The translations under genes and the position numbers were made by a program. From positions 1 to 53,469 of the forward strand of contig JAHQXB010000106.1 in assembly GCA_029856435.1 (NCBI GenBank): DNA of 53,469 bases, written 5' to 3'. A model generated the notes under the pieces. It searched no databases. It saw nothing but the letters and a program-made list of their open reading frames with translations, and was not told the origin of the DNA. Source of the DNA: Candidatus Jordarchaeia archaeon. GTDB lineage: Archaea; Asgardarchaeota; Jordiarchaeia; Jordiarchaeales; Jordiarchaeaceae. This document shows, piece after piece, positions 9,885-19,605 of this stretch; the first letter of the stretch is position 1; every line of letters starts with the position of its first letter.

Positions 9885-10631
9885 ATGATTCACATTATAG
9901 GTCTAAAAGGAATCCCAATAGTTAAGGAAGGAGATAATATTGCGAGACTCATCTTAGAAGCTGCTAAAGCCCAAGGCATAGAAATTAAAGCTAAGGACAT
10001 TTTTGTTATTGCCCAAACCATAGTTTCTAGAGCTGAGGGCAGTGTGGTTGATCTTAATACAGTAGTTCCATCCGATTTTGCTATAAGAACTGCTGAGAGG
10101 TTTGAAAAGGATCCTCGTCAGGTAGAGGTTATACTTAGGGAGGCGAAACAAATTATTAGAATGGAGCACGCCATAATAACAGAAACCAAGCACGGTTTTA
10201 TTTGCGCCAATTCCGGTGTAGACAAATCAAATATGCCGGGCGAACACTTTGTTTCTCTACTGCCTAGAGATCCGGAAAAATCAGCTAGGGAAATAAGAAA
10301 AGAATTGGAAAAATTAACTGGAGTCAAACTAGCGGTAATAATTTCAGACACTCATGGTCGACCCTTCAGGGAGGGAGCCATCAATGTTGCGATTGGCGTA
10401 TCTGGAATGAAACCTATTTGGGATAGGAGAGGTGATGTTGACCTTTTTGGTTATATTCTGAAATCTACACTGGTGGGAATCGCGGATGAGTTGGCGTCGG
10501 CTGCGGAGCTCGTTATGGGTGAGGCTAATGAAGGAATTCCAGTGGTCATAATAAGGGGTTTCGACTATATTGAAGGTGAAGGAAGCATTAAAGACTTATT
10601 AAGGGCGCCCGAGAAGGACATGTTTCGATAA
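9885..10631 (+). CDS. cofE: Coenzyme F420-0:L-glutamate ligase
   Basis: IPIVKEGD, VSRAEG, ANSGVDKSN, IISDTHGRPFREG, DELASAAELVMGE; ATG 9885; 248 aa with no nitroreductase domain. Confidence 0.95.
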   Translation: MIHIIGLKGIPIVKEGDNIARLILEAAKAQGIEIKAKDIFVIAQTIVSRAEGSVVDLNTVVPSDFAIRTAERFEKDPRQVEVILREAKQIIRMEHAIITETKHGFICANSGVDKSNMPGEHFVSLLPRDPEKSAREIRKELEKLTGVKLAVIISDTHGRPFREGAINVAIGVSGMKPIWDRRGDVDLFGYILKSTLVGIADELASAAELVMGEANEGIPVVIIRGFDYIEGEGSIKDLLRAPEKDMFR

Positions 10632-10646
10632 TAAGAGCGTGGAAAA

Positions 10647-11573
10647 ATGATAACGGTACTCTCCGGAGGAACAGGCAGCCTAAAACTTATACAAGGTCTT
10701 CTCAATTTTATGAAGCCTGAGGAAGTAACTCTCATAGTCAACACTGCAGACGACTTTGAATGGCAGGGACTATACATTAGCCCCGACATTGATACCGCCA
10801 TCTACCTTCTGGCCGGCCTTCTGGATGAAAACAGGTTTTGGGGAATAAAGGATGACACATTTCACTTTTTAAGTATGATGAAAAGGTATGGTTACCCAGA
10901 CTGGTTCTCCATTGGGGATCGGGACCTAGCAACCCACCTACACAGAACCATATTACTAAAAAAAGGTTACACTTTGTCCGATGCCACCAACTCGCTGTGC
11001 AAGGCCTTTAATATAAGGGTAAAAATTCTGCCCATGTCTAATGATAAGGTAACCACCTTTGTGAAAACTGATAAAGGAAAATTTCACTTCCAAGAGTTTT
11101 GGGTTAAGAGAAAAGGTGAAGATAAAGTTTTAGGCGTCATTTTTGAGGGAATAGAAAAGGCTAAGCCAGCCCCCGGAGTTGTGGAATCGATAAAAAAGTC
11201 TGAGGGTATAATCATTGGTCCAAGCAACCCCGTTACCAGTATAGGGCCAATCCTCGGCGTATCCCAGATAAAAAAAGCTCTGGAGAGAGTTAATGTCAAG
11301 AGGATCTGTATTAGTCCCATAATAGGTGGCGGGCCGGTCAGTGGACCGGCAGGAAACTTGTTGAGGGGTATAGGTGTTGAAGTGTCGCCCTTCGGAGTGG
11401 CTAGCATTTATCAAGGAATCATAGATGAAATATTTATAGACGCAAGTGACCAAGCTTTCACTGAGAGGATAGAGGGTTTGGGTATCAACGTTTTTTGCAC
11501 AAATATTGTAATGAGGATGGAGGAGGATAAAGTAAATCTTGCTAAACTGGTTATGGAAAGAATGAAAATTTAG
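10647..11573 (+). CDS. cofD: 2-phospho-L-lactate transferase
   Basis: LSGGTG, VNTADD, ISPDIDT, GDRDLATH, FQEFWV, GPSNPVTSIGPIL. Confidence 0.95.
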   Translation: MITVLSGGTGSLKLIQGLLNFMKPEEVTLIVNTADDFEWQGLYISPDIDTAIYLLAGLLDENRFWGIKDDTFHFLSMMKRYGYPDWFSIGDRDLATHLHRTILLKKGYTLSDATNSLCKAFNIRVKILPMSNDKVTTFVKTDKGKFHFQEFWVKRKGEDKVLGVIFEGIEKAKPAPGVVESIKKSEGIIIGPSNPVTSIGPILGVSQIKKALERVNVKRICISPIIGGGPVSGPAGNLLRGIGVEVSPFGVASIYQGIIDEIFIDASDQAFTERIEGLGINVFCTNIVMRMEEDKVNLAKLVMERMKI

Positions 11574-11583
11574 AGGCCGGATA

Positions 11584-12387
11584 ATGGTAAGCGTCAAAAG
11601 CCACGTGGTTTTGGCGGCCATGGCTGGCGTTTGTGATGGTAGGTTCTGTTTTGAAGCTGCCAAAGCTGGCGCTGGTATGGTCATAATGGGCGGGATAAAC
11701 TTTGATGCTGAAACAATTAGAGCTGGCTTGAAAATTAAGAATAGGGGCAGAAGCGAGTTTCATGTAGAACTCTGCGACTTGGAAAACTTTTTATTCAGAG
11801 AAGTAAAAACTGCAAAAAGGGGCGGCGCCCCAGTAGCGGTAAACGTGAGAGTAGCAACACTAGAAGGACTGCTGAGAGCGGGAGAACTCGTTAAAAATAG
11901 TGGTGCAGATGCCTTCGAGCTTAATGCTCACTGTAGGCAACATGAGATAACACAATTGGGCGGAGGTCAAGCATTGCTCCTAAATCTTGACAAACTTAAA
12001 GAATGGATTAAAAGTCTGAAAAAGGTATTGGATTTGCCCTTAATAGTGAAGTGGCGCGCAAATGTGGTGAACGACGTAGCCTTGGCAAAAAACTTGGATT
12101 CCTTGGGAGTAGACGCCTTTCATGTGGATGCCATGAAGCCGGGCTACTCCGAGGCGGACTTGGAAGTTATTAGAAATATTTCAAAAAAAAGTGAAGTGTT
12201 TCTAATTGGAAACAATTCCGTCACTGATCTGAGTACCGCTTTAAGAATGATTGAGGCTGGGGCGCGGGTGGTTTCAGTTGCAAGATATACTCTCAATGAT
12301 CCTCGATTGGTTGGAAGGCTTGCACGGGAAGTTGAGGAGGCCCTGCAAAGAAGGATGTGGAAAATTTCTAATTTGAATTTTGGTTAA
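11584..12387 (+). CDS. MJ0144-like dihydrouridine-synthase-family FMN TIM-barrel protein
   Basis: LAAMAG, ELNAHCRQxEI...GxGQALL, HVDAM, IGNNSV and VSVAR match archaeal DUS-like (NifR3-related) proteins. Confidence 0.85.
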   Translation: MVSVKSHVVLAAMAGVCDGRFCFEAAKAGAGMVIMGGINFDAETIRAGLKIKNRGRSEFHVELCDLENFLFREVKTAKRGGAPVAVNVRVATLEGLLRAGELVKNSGADAFELNAHCRQHEITQLGGGQALLLNLDKLKEWIKSLKKVLDLPLIVKWRANVVNDVALAKNLDSLGVDAFHVDAMKPGYSEADLEVIRNISKKSEVFLIGNNSVTDLSTALRMIEAGARVVSVARYTLNDPRLVGRLAREVEEALQRRMWKISNLNFG

Positions 12388-12414
12388 TTTATATGTTTAG
12401 TATGAGGGATAACC

Positions 12415-13095
12415 TTGAGGATACACGTTGTTATTCCCTTTAAAGGCCTGAAGGAATCCAAGTCAAGGCTAGCTGACCAGATTTCTAATACCCAAAGGAA
12501 GCAATTGGTACTAGCTATGCTTTCCGATGTCATTTCTGCTGTGTCCTCCTCCAAAAAAGTAAGTAATCTCGTCGTGATAACTTCAGATAAATTAATAGAA
12601 GAAATAATCCCCAAAAACGCTATTCTACTTCTGGAGGAAAAGCCGAGAGGGATAAATCAGGCAATAGTTGAAGCCACAGAATACAGTTTGGAAATGAATG
12701 CGGAAGCCACTCTGGTTATTCCCGCCGACCTTCCCTTAATCACACCCCGAGACATTGAAGAAATCATATCAATGGCAAAATCGGAGAGGACAGTAATTCT
12801 TTCTCCGTCCCTAAATGGCGGAACAAACATACTCTATAGATGTCCCCCCAATGTCATTGAACCAAAATTTGGGAAAAACAGCTTCCAAGCACACGTTGAA
12901 GAAACTCGAAAAAAGAATATAGAACCCAAAATATACCGTTCGCCTAGGGTAATCCTCGATTTAGATAAGGTTGAGGACATTAAAAAATTTGTGAGATATG
13001 GTACTCACACGAAAACATTCGATGCAATATGCAAGACCGAGCTAATATTGTCTGTAACTAAAAGTAGAAGAAACCCCAAAATGCACCAGCACTAA
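12415..13095 (+). CDS. cofC: 2-phospho-L-lactate/PEP guanylyltransferase
   Basis: IPFKGLKESKSRL, IPADLPLI, GGTN, FGKNSFQAH, DLDxxEDI. Confidence 0.93.
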   Translation: MRIHVVIPFKGLKESKSRLADQISNTQRKQLVLAMLSDVISAVSSSKKVSNLVVITSDKLIEEIIPKNAILLLEEKPRGINQAIVEATEYSLEMNAEATLVIPADLPLITPRDIEEIISMAKSERTVILSPSLNGGTNILYRCPPNVIEPKFGKNSFQAHVEETRKKNIEPKIYRSPRVILDLDKVEDIKKFVRYGTHTKTFDAICKTELILSVTKSRRNPKMHQH

Positions 13096-13418
13096 CCACT
13101 CTCGTTTTATAAAAATATATTTTGCAAAGCAGCTTCCCCATATTCTTATGAAATTTGTAAGCATCTTCAGGCAACTTATCGCTGTAAAAACAGCTTTTAC
13201 TCGTCTAAAACGCTTTAACAATACATATTTTCATAAAAGATGATGCGAAATAATGTGATTCTAATCATTTTTTTAGGCTCAGGCTGAGAAGATTCTATGA
13301 ATGCTTCTTTCTGAGGAGAAATAGAAAGAATTTACATACTCAAAACTGAGAAAAATTAATTTGAGGGAAATCGGTACTTTAGACGATAAAATAGTGGTTA
13401 TTTTCTTGAGAAATTAAT

Positions 13419-14249
13419 GTGGTGGAATCTACAATGCCGTCTTTTGTAGAATTGCTTATTATAGCTTATTTCATACCCTCCATAGTCCCCGTATTGCCTT
13501 TTCTTAAAGTATTTTGCCCCTCAATACTGAACTTGTTAATACCTGAGAGCATCAAATTGATACTTCCCCTTGAGAGTACTTTTCTGGACTACATACAATT
13601 CGCTGTAGCTTTGTTTGTTTCGATCATTAGCTTGATTCTAGGTTACAAAGTTTATAAGAAGAACCCAGATTATTGGCTTAACAAAATTTTTGCAGCCTTC
13701 TATGTAGGGATAGCTGCAGCCGCAGTAAGCTTCAACCTAGGACTTTTCATAAACGCCACAGGTTTAATAATTGGGCAAAAGTTCATGTTAAGCTTCATCT
13801 TAATATCTATAGGTCTACTGCTCATAGTTGCCGTGGGTCTCAATTATGGAGAAATTCAGATTCGATATCTTAAGGCCATCAGACCCATAATACTATATGT
13901 TATTTTGCCTATGATAGTGGTGTGGCTTCCAGGATCAATAGTGATTCTAGATGTGGCGCCGCCAGACACAGCCTTCTCAGATCTTCTTGTGGTGGTGCTC
14001 ATAATTGCCCTAGTAGTAGGTTTAAGCGTATTATCACATTATTTAATAAAAGTCTACAGAGCCTCTGAGGGCTTATTGAAAAGAAGAATTCTCTTCTTCC
14101 TCGCAGGATTCCTCTCAGCCCTGCTCTTTGGGGGAATCTCCACCAGCCTCGCTAGCATACTAAGCCTACAGATCTTCGACTTAATTAGCCCTTTAATAAT
14201 TCTGATAGGTATATCAATAGTGTACTATGGATTACACATTTCTGAATAA
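13419..14249 (+). CDS. Polytopic (about 7-8 TM) membrane protein, HisKA-7TM-like sensor region
   Basis: Serial hydrophobic helices with a KKNPDYWLNKIF loop; no cytoplasmic output domain. Confidence 0.7.
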   Translation: MVESTMPSFVELLIIAYFIPSIVPVLPFLKVFCPSILNLLIPESIKLILPLESTFLDYIQFAVALFVSIISLILGYKVYKKNPDYWLNKIFAAFYVGIAAAAVSFNLGLFINATGLIIGQKFMLSFILISIGLLLIVAVGLNYGEIQIRYLKAIRPIILYVILPMIVVWLPGSIVILDVAPPDTAFSDLLVVVLIIALVVGLSVLSHYLIKVYRASEGLLKRRILFFLAGFLSALLFGGISTSLASILSLQIFDLISPLIILIGISIVYYGLHISE

Positions 14250-14398
14250 GCCTTCTCTATCAAACCTCGTCTTGAAAATTCTTAAACAGACAAATAAAGA
14301 GGGTTTTAAGGAGAATTTTTGCCTTAATTAATTTTGCTGAATAACCTATTATTTTAACCTTCATTTTGATAACTCAAATTTTTCCAAATTTTTCTTTT

Positions 14399-14824
14399 TT
14401 ATTCGACTGGTATTATTTCAACTTCTATGGTGTTTTCCAATTTTTTTAGTTTTTCCTCTACTTCTGCTAGGGATAGTTTACAGCTTCTACAGTTGATTAT
14501 TGCAAAAAAATCGCTTATTTTCTCCACACTGGGTGTAACTATGCTAGATTCGATGTTAATGCTCATTTTTCCGAGCTCGGTTGCCACTTTTCCCAGAACA
14601 CCCGGAATATCTCGGAGTTTCATGTACAACTCTGCAAATTTATCTTCCCCTATAATTATAGGGTATAGCACAATTTTGGATTTTGATTTATCTGCAACCA
14701 CTAAAAATTTTGTGCCCTCTTTTATGTTAAGCATCTCGCATATTTTTTCTGGGAGGAGAATTCGATTTTTTGAGTCCATTGTTGTGAACTGTGCAGATTG
14801 ATACATATTTTTGTGTTTGCTCAT
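14399..14824 (-). CDS. AbrB/SpoVT DNA-binding plus ACT domain regulator
   Basis: MDSKNRILLPEKICEMLNIKEG (AbrB) followed by LRDIPGVLGKVATELGKMSINI (ACT). Confidence 0.8.
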   Translation of the reverse strand: MSKHKNMYQSAQFTTMDSKNRILLPEKICEMLNIKEGTKFLVVADKSKSKIVLYPIIIGEDKFAELYMKLRDIPGVLGKVATELGKMSINIESSIVTPSVEKISDFFAIINCRSCKLSLAEVEEKLKKLENTIEVEIIPVE

Positions 14825-14959
14825 CTTTAATGATTCTCCTTTTGCCCTAGTTTTAGTGGGGGAATCTATTATATTTAAATAACTATTTTAAATTAATTGT
14901 TTAGAAATGTTTCATGTTCTTAAAGAACTTTTCTGTTCTAACCTTCAACTGGTGGTTCA

Positions 14960-15739
14960 ATGAAGGCATACATCTATGGCATTTTGGATATCAGCACCAT
15001 CGATTACCCTCAAAAACCTGCCATGGTGATTTTCGTGGCGGGTTGCTCCTTTAGGTGCCCTATGTGCCATAACTGGAGGATGCTGGAGGTAAAACCGGAT
15101 CAGGAAGTGGAGCTTTCCAGAGTTTTCGAGAGAATCGAAAAAGCTCGCTCATTTGTAGAGGCTGTTAAAGTTTCGGGTGGAGAACCTACCCTTTATCCTG
15201 ATATTCTTCTAGAAATTGCTAATTTTTGTAAAAGAAAAAACCTTTCTTTCGGATTCGATACAAATGGTTTCTTTCCAGAGAATATAAAAAAACTGGTAAA
15301 TAGTGCAGATCTAGTTTCCATAGATATTAAAGCTCCCTTTAACGATGCAGCACTTTACAGCAGACTAGTAGGGTTGGATGACGGTGAGAAGGTGATCGAA
15401 AACCTGATGGCGACCCTAGAGACTGTTTTTGGGAGCAGCTCATATGCCGATTTGAGAACTACTGTCATTCCTTCCCTAAATGATGAAGAAGAATACTTCG
15501 AAAATATTGGTGAAGTTTTGAGGGGTCTCGGGTACATTTCAAAAGCGGAAAAGAAAAAAGCTAGTTACACCCTTCAAGAATTTGAGCCGGCAAATGCCTT
15601 TAGCCACGAATTGAAAAAAATTAGACCACCAAGTTTAGACCTGCTTGTAAAGTTGGCAAAAAGTGCCCGAATTCCCCAAGTCTACATAAGGCATAGAAAA
15701 GTGGGATTTATGAAGCCCCTCGAAGAGATTAGATTATGA
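14960..15739 (+). CDS. Radical SAM activating enzyme (NrdG/PflA-like)
   Basis: CSFRCPMCHN CxxxCxxC motif, SGGEPT, DTNG, DIKAP, RTTVIP. Confidence 0.85.
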   Translation: MKAYIYGILDISTIDYPQKPAMVIFVAGCSFRCPMCHNWRMLEVKPDQEVELSRVFERIEKARSFVEAVKVSGGEPTLYPDILLEIANFCKRKNLSFGFDTNGFFPENIKKLVNSADLVSIDIKAPFNDAALYSRLVGLDDGEKVIENLMATLETVFGSSSYADLRTTVIPSLNDEEEYFENIGEVLRGLGYISKAEKKKASYTLQEFEPANAFSHELKKIRPPSLDLLVKLAKSARIPQVYIRHRKVGFMKPLEEIRL

Positions 15740-15767
15740 CCTGTAAATTGGAATAAACCAAAAATTA

Positions 15768-16631
15768 TCAAACCTTGATGGTACAGAGTAACTCTAGGAT
15801 TATTTTGGCTGCAACCAAGGCTGTTATTCGTCCTCCATGAATTACCTCCACCACATCAAAGCCCACAACTTTCTCACAATTCTCCAAAATTTCTATAAGC
15901 TGGGTCGGTGTTAATCCACAAGGTTCTGGGTTTCCTACATCGGGAGCATAAGCGGGATCGATTACATCCATATCTATAGTCAAATATATGCGGTCTTTTC
16001 TTGATTGAAACTCTTTTATTTTGTCCACAGCCTTTTTTATTCCTTCTCTCTCCACTTCTAGAGCTGTGACATAGTTCCACTTTTTTTGGGAAATAAATTC
16101 ATACTCCTCTTTACAGATTGACCTCACCCCTATTTGAAGGATTTCCGCACCTTCTTCCATCACCCTCCTCATTAATGTTGCATGAGAGATTTTTTGATCC
16201 AAATATTCGCTTCTCAAATCCATATGCGCATCAAAATCTATTACTCCTACATCCATTCCAAATCCCCGTATAGCCCCCAATGTTATGGTGTGTTCACCTC
16301 CCAGTATTATACTTCTTTTACCATCATGTTTTAATTCCCCCACAACTTTTTCCACTCGATCTAGTGTCTGGTTAACATCCCCTGAAACCACAGCAATATC
16401 CCCAAGGTCGCAGATTTTGGCATCCTCAGCGTCTCTGAAACTTCTTAGACTGAACGATTCTAAGTTACACGAAGCTTCCCTAATTACTGTCGGCCCGAAC
16501 CTTGCACCGGGCAAAAAGGTACATGTGCCATCGAATGGAACTCCAAAAAGGGCAAAGTCAGCTTCCTCATATGATGTTGTTCGTCCCAAAAAAATGTTTT
16601 GAGGGTAGAGATATAAGTTTTTATAGCTCAT
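15768..16631 (-). CDS. speB: Agmatinase (ureohydrolase)
   Basis: PGARFGP, GGEHTIT, DAHMD, SHAT, DMDVIDP metal-binding motifs. Confidence 0.9.
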   Translation of the reverse strand: MSYKNLYLYPQNIFLGRTTSYEEADFALFGVPFDGTCTFLPGARFGPTVIREASCNLESFSLRSFRDAEDAKICDLGDIAVVSGDVNQTLDRVEKVVGELKHDGKRSIILGGEHTITLGAIRGFGMDVGVIDFDAHMDLRSEYLDQKISHATLMRRVMEEGAEILQIGVRSICKEEYEFISQKKWNYVTALEVEREGIKKAVDKIKEFQSRKDRIYLTIDMDVIDPAYAPDVGNPEPCGLTPTQLIEILENCEKVVGFDVVEVIHGGRITALVAAKIILELLCTIKV

Positions 16632-17298
16632 TTTCCTCCTCCGAAAGGGTTTTCATAAAAAAGTCAATAAAACTGTCCAATGAGGGAGACTTTATTTTTT
16701 TTCTCTCTACTAGTTTATTCCATTCATCCACAAGTTTGGCGTATTCCTTGTCCTCTTTTTCTGATTGAATCATGTCCCTTGCTACACTCTCAAAGTCAAA
16801 CTTATTCTCCTTGGCCCCTAATCCTTTACAGAACTCCAAGGCTTCACTATTGAATATAAATTTGTGGCCGTGGAGTAATCTTCTCCAGAGAAAGGGGAAA
16901 GCCCGGCAAACCAACGGTCTAACGGGATAAATCGAGCAGGGTCCTCCATTATTAAAACAGCAACCGCTGTTTTCATTGTTGGTCTTAAAGCAGAGTACCC
17001 ACCTTTTTCCATCTTCGCCCAAGAATCTGGGAACACCTTTATATGTTTCCTCAACGCTTTTCTCGGGAATAATGCAATCCAAGAAATCATGAGGATTTAA
17101 CCCATATTCTTTGGCTACTCTATAAGCATCTTTGTGAGTCACACATATCATGTACCTAGAGCAACATTCTCCGCACTGGGTACACGCGAAGTTGGGTGCC
17201 TTAATAAAGGCCTTGACCTTTTTTAGAAATAGTAATACTCTTTGTCGCATGAGGGAAAAATCTCTCTGGGAAATAAAAAGATTTTGAGCGATTAACAA
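16621..17298 (-). CDS. YkgJ-family cysteine cluster (Zn/Fe-chelating) protein
   Basis: CTQCGECC and CSIYPVRPLVCRAFPF motifs; start uncertain. Confidence 0.82.
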   Translation of the reverse strand: MLIAQNLFISQRDFSLMRQRVLLFLKKVKAFIKAPNFACTQCGECCSRYMICVTHKDAYRVAKEYGLNPHDFLDCIIPEKSVEETYKGVPRFLGEDGKRWVLCFKTNNENSGCCFNNGGPCSIYPVRPLVCRAFPFLWRRLLHGHKFIFNSEALEFCKGLGAKENKFDFESVARDMIQSEKEDKEYAKLVDEWNKLVERKKIKSPSLDSFIDFFMKTLSEEENEL

Positions 17299-17299
17299 T

Positions 17300-17407
17300 G
17301 GTGATGTAGAATCGTTCGGTTTCGCCTCAAAAAAGGGGTGTTTATAGGGCTTCTTTCACGATTTAGAGCCTTATTAGGGAGATGGAACCGAATAAATCTG
17401 CATCACC
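17300..17407 (+). mobile_element. 108-bp MITE copy 1 (IS1-like ends)
   Basis: Imperfect 24-bp TIR (GGTGATGTAGAATCGTTCGGTTTC / GGTGATGCAGATTTATTCGGTTCC); exact 10-bp TSD GATTAACAAT at 17290-17299 and 17408-17417; 106/108 identical to copy 2. Confidence 0.92.
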
Positions 17408-17478
17408 GATTAACAATAAAAGTAAAGGTTAAAACTTCAATCCTTCATAATATTTTAGAAGCGGTGGAGGACCAGAAT

Positions 17479-18999
17479 TTGGAAACTATATCCGTAGAAG
17501 ATATGAAAATAGCGGACGAAAATTCAGAGTACTTGGGAGTTCCCCGATTACTACTTATGGAGAATGCGGGAAGAGGAATAGTGGAAAATATAATAAAAAG
17601 AAAAAAAGTGGAAAAATCAAACATCATAATCTTCTCAGGAACAGGAAATAATGGGGGAGACGGCTTTGTCGCCGCAAGACACCTTGCCTCACTCGGCGCT
17701 GAAGTACATCTAATTCTCCTAGGCCAACCAGAAAATATTCGCACCCCTGAGGCCAAACAAAACTGGAAAGCCTTAGAAAAAATGATTCTCACTGTAAAAA
17801 AAACCATAATTACAGACTCCTCAGAACTAATGGAAATCAAAGACTTAATCCAGAAATCGGATATAATGATTGACGCCATGCTAGGAACAGGAATAAAGGG
17901 AAAAATCCGCGAACCCTTCTCCACCGCCATAAACCTATTCAACTCCGCAAAGGCCTTCAAAATAGCAGTAGACTTACCATCAGGACTAAATCCAGAGAGC
18001 GGCGAAGTCCACGACAAAGTGATTCAAGCTAACCTCACAGTAACCTTTCACAAAGCAAAACCCGGACTATTAAACAAAACCTGTACTGGTGAACTCATAG
18101 TATGGCCTATTGGTATACCTCCAGAAGCGGAGGTCATAGCGGGTCCCGGAGATGTGAAGTCCGTAATCAAAAAAAGAAGTCCCCATTCTCATAAGGGCGA
18201 TTTTGGTAGAGTTCTCATAATCGGCGGAAGCATATACTACACTGGCGCACCAGCGCTAACTGCTCTCTCCTCCCTCAGAACTGGTGTTGACCTCGTAATT
18301 GTTGTCGCCCCTTCAAAAATCGCTCCGATAATTAGGGGATTCTCCCCCGACCTAATAGTAAGAGAATTTCCGGGAGAGGTGTTAAACAATGAATCTCTCC
18401 CTCTCATAAGTAGCTTAATCCAAGACTGGGCAACCGCAGCAGTTGTGGGGCCGGGTCTCGGGCTACATGAAAAAACCATAGAAACCATCCCTGAAATTTT
18501 TCAACTCATAAAAAAGAGAGATTTACCTCTACTTGTGGATGCAGATGCAATAAAAATCTTGGGAAAAGAAAATAAAATGCTCCATGGCACAAAAACTGTG
18601 CTCACACCCCACCAAGGAGAATTCCTACAATTAACTGGACAAAAAATGCCACCCCCCTCAGAATTAAAAAACCGAATAAAAACAGTTGAAAACTGGGCAA
18701 GAGAGCTAGGAGTCACCATACTCCTCAAAGCCCACGAAGACATCATTTCCGACGGCAGAAGAACAAAAATCAACACAACTGGCAACCCCGGAATGTCCGT
18801 AGGAGGAACAGGAGACGTTCTAAGCGGAATCTGCGCCGCCTTTCTATCCCAAGGCTATGAACCATTCAGAGCAGCGGTAGCCGCAGCCTTCCTAAACGGG
18901 AAGGCCGGAGATAAAGCAGTTCAAGACAAAGGCTATCACATAACTGCAACCGACCTCATACCCTTAATACCCGAAGTAATCAAAACTTACGAAACTTAA
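17479..18999 (+). CDS. nnr: Bifunctional NAD(P)HX epimerase/dehydratase
   Basis: LLMENAG, GNNGGDG, DAMLGTG, HKGDFG, GPGLG, LTPHQGE, GGTGDVLSG; TTG 17479 after GGAGG (the upstream ORF extension runs through the MITE). Confidence 0.93.
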   Translation: METISVEDMKIADENSEYLGVPRLLLMENAGRGIVENIIKRKKVEKSNIIIFSGTGNNGGDGFVAARHLASLGAEVHLILLGQPENIRTPEAKQNWKALEKMILTVKKTIITDSSELMEIKDLIQKSDIMIDAMLGTGIKGKIREPFSTAINLFNSAKAFKIAVDLPSGLNPESGEVHDKVIQANLTVTFHKAKPGLLNKTCTGELIVWPIGIPPEAEVIAGPGDVKSVIKKRSPHSHKGDFGRVLIIGGSIYYTGAPALTALSSLRTGVDLVIVVAPSKIAPIIRGFSPDLIVREFPGEVLNNESLPLISSLIQDWATAAVVGPGLGLHEKTIETIPEIFQLIKKRDLPLLVDADAIKILGKENKMLHGTKTVLTPHQGEFLQLTGQKMPPPSELKNRIKTVENWARELGVTILLKAHEDIISDGRRTKINTTGNPGMSVGGTGDVLSGICAAFLSQGYEPFRAAVAAAFLNGKAGDKAVQDKGYHITATDLIPLIPEVIKTYET

Positions 19000-19033
19000 C
19001 CCCAAAAAACATTTTAAAAAGCGTTTTCCAAGA

Positions 19034-19276
19034 CTACACCCATAAGCTCCTCTCAAAACACGCCGCACTCTTCCTCTCTCCCGCAAAAACAAACTTTATG
19101 ACTAGCACGATTATTAGTAGCAACGATACTGCAACCAAAACACTGTAAAGCCTAGTTTCCGCACTACTTAAACCGAAACCTGGCCAGATCCAAAAATATG
19201 CCAAAGTAATAGTAAAACAAAGTGGGGCTGACAAACCATTCACCCTACTTCTTCCTAAAGCTAACCAGTTTTGCAA
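19034..19276 (-). CDS. Small putative two-TM membrane protein
   Basis: Two hydrophobic segments; the true start is probably an internal TTG after GGTGA. Confidence 0.4.
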   Translation of the reverse strand: MQNWLALGRSRVNGLSAPLCFTITLAYFWIWPGFGLSSAETRLYSVLVAVSLLLIIVLVIKFVFAGERKSAACFERSLWV

Positions 19277-19395
19277 AGTAGACTCCCAATATTTATGTTG
19301 TCATAACTTAAATACTCCACAGTTATGGTAAAAAATCTAATAATTTTTGGTCCAGCTCAAAAAAAGGAGAGTAAATGGATAGAAAACTAGACTTT

Positions 19396-19503
19396 GGTGA
19401 TGCAGATTTATTCGGCTCCATCTCCCTAATAAGGCTCCAAATCGTGAAAGAAGCCCTATAAACACCCCTTTTTTGAGGCGAAACCGAACGATTCTACATC
19501 ACC
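19396..19503 (-). mobile_element. 108-bp MITE copy 2 (inverted relative to copy 1)
   Basis: Same TIRs; exact 10-bp TSD ACTAGACTTT at 19386-19395 and 19504-19513. Confidence 0.92.
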
Positions 19504-19605
19504 ACTAGACTTTTAAGGAAAACTTAATATCATCTAAAATCCTTGCGCACCCCAAAAATTCTATAATTTTTGCTCAAATATACACACATTTTTATTGAGG
19601 AGTTC

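Noticed and set aside
17338-17478. N-terminal extension of the nnr ORF
   Set aside because: Reads through the MITE and spacer; the conserved domain and an RBS start at about 17479.
17300-19503. Composite transposon carrying nnr between the inverted MITEs
   Set aside because: Each copy has its own different TSD, indicating independent insertions.
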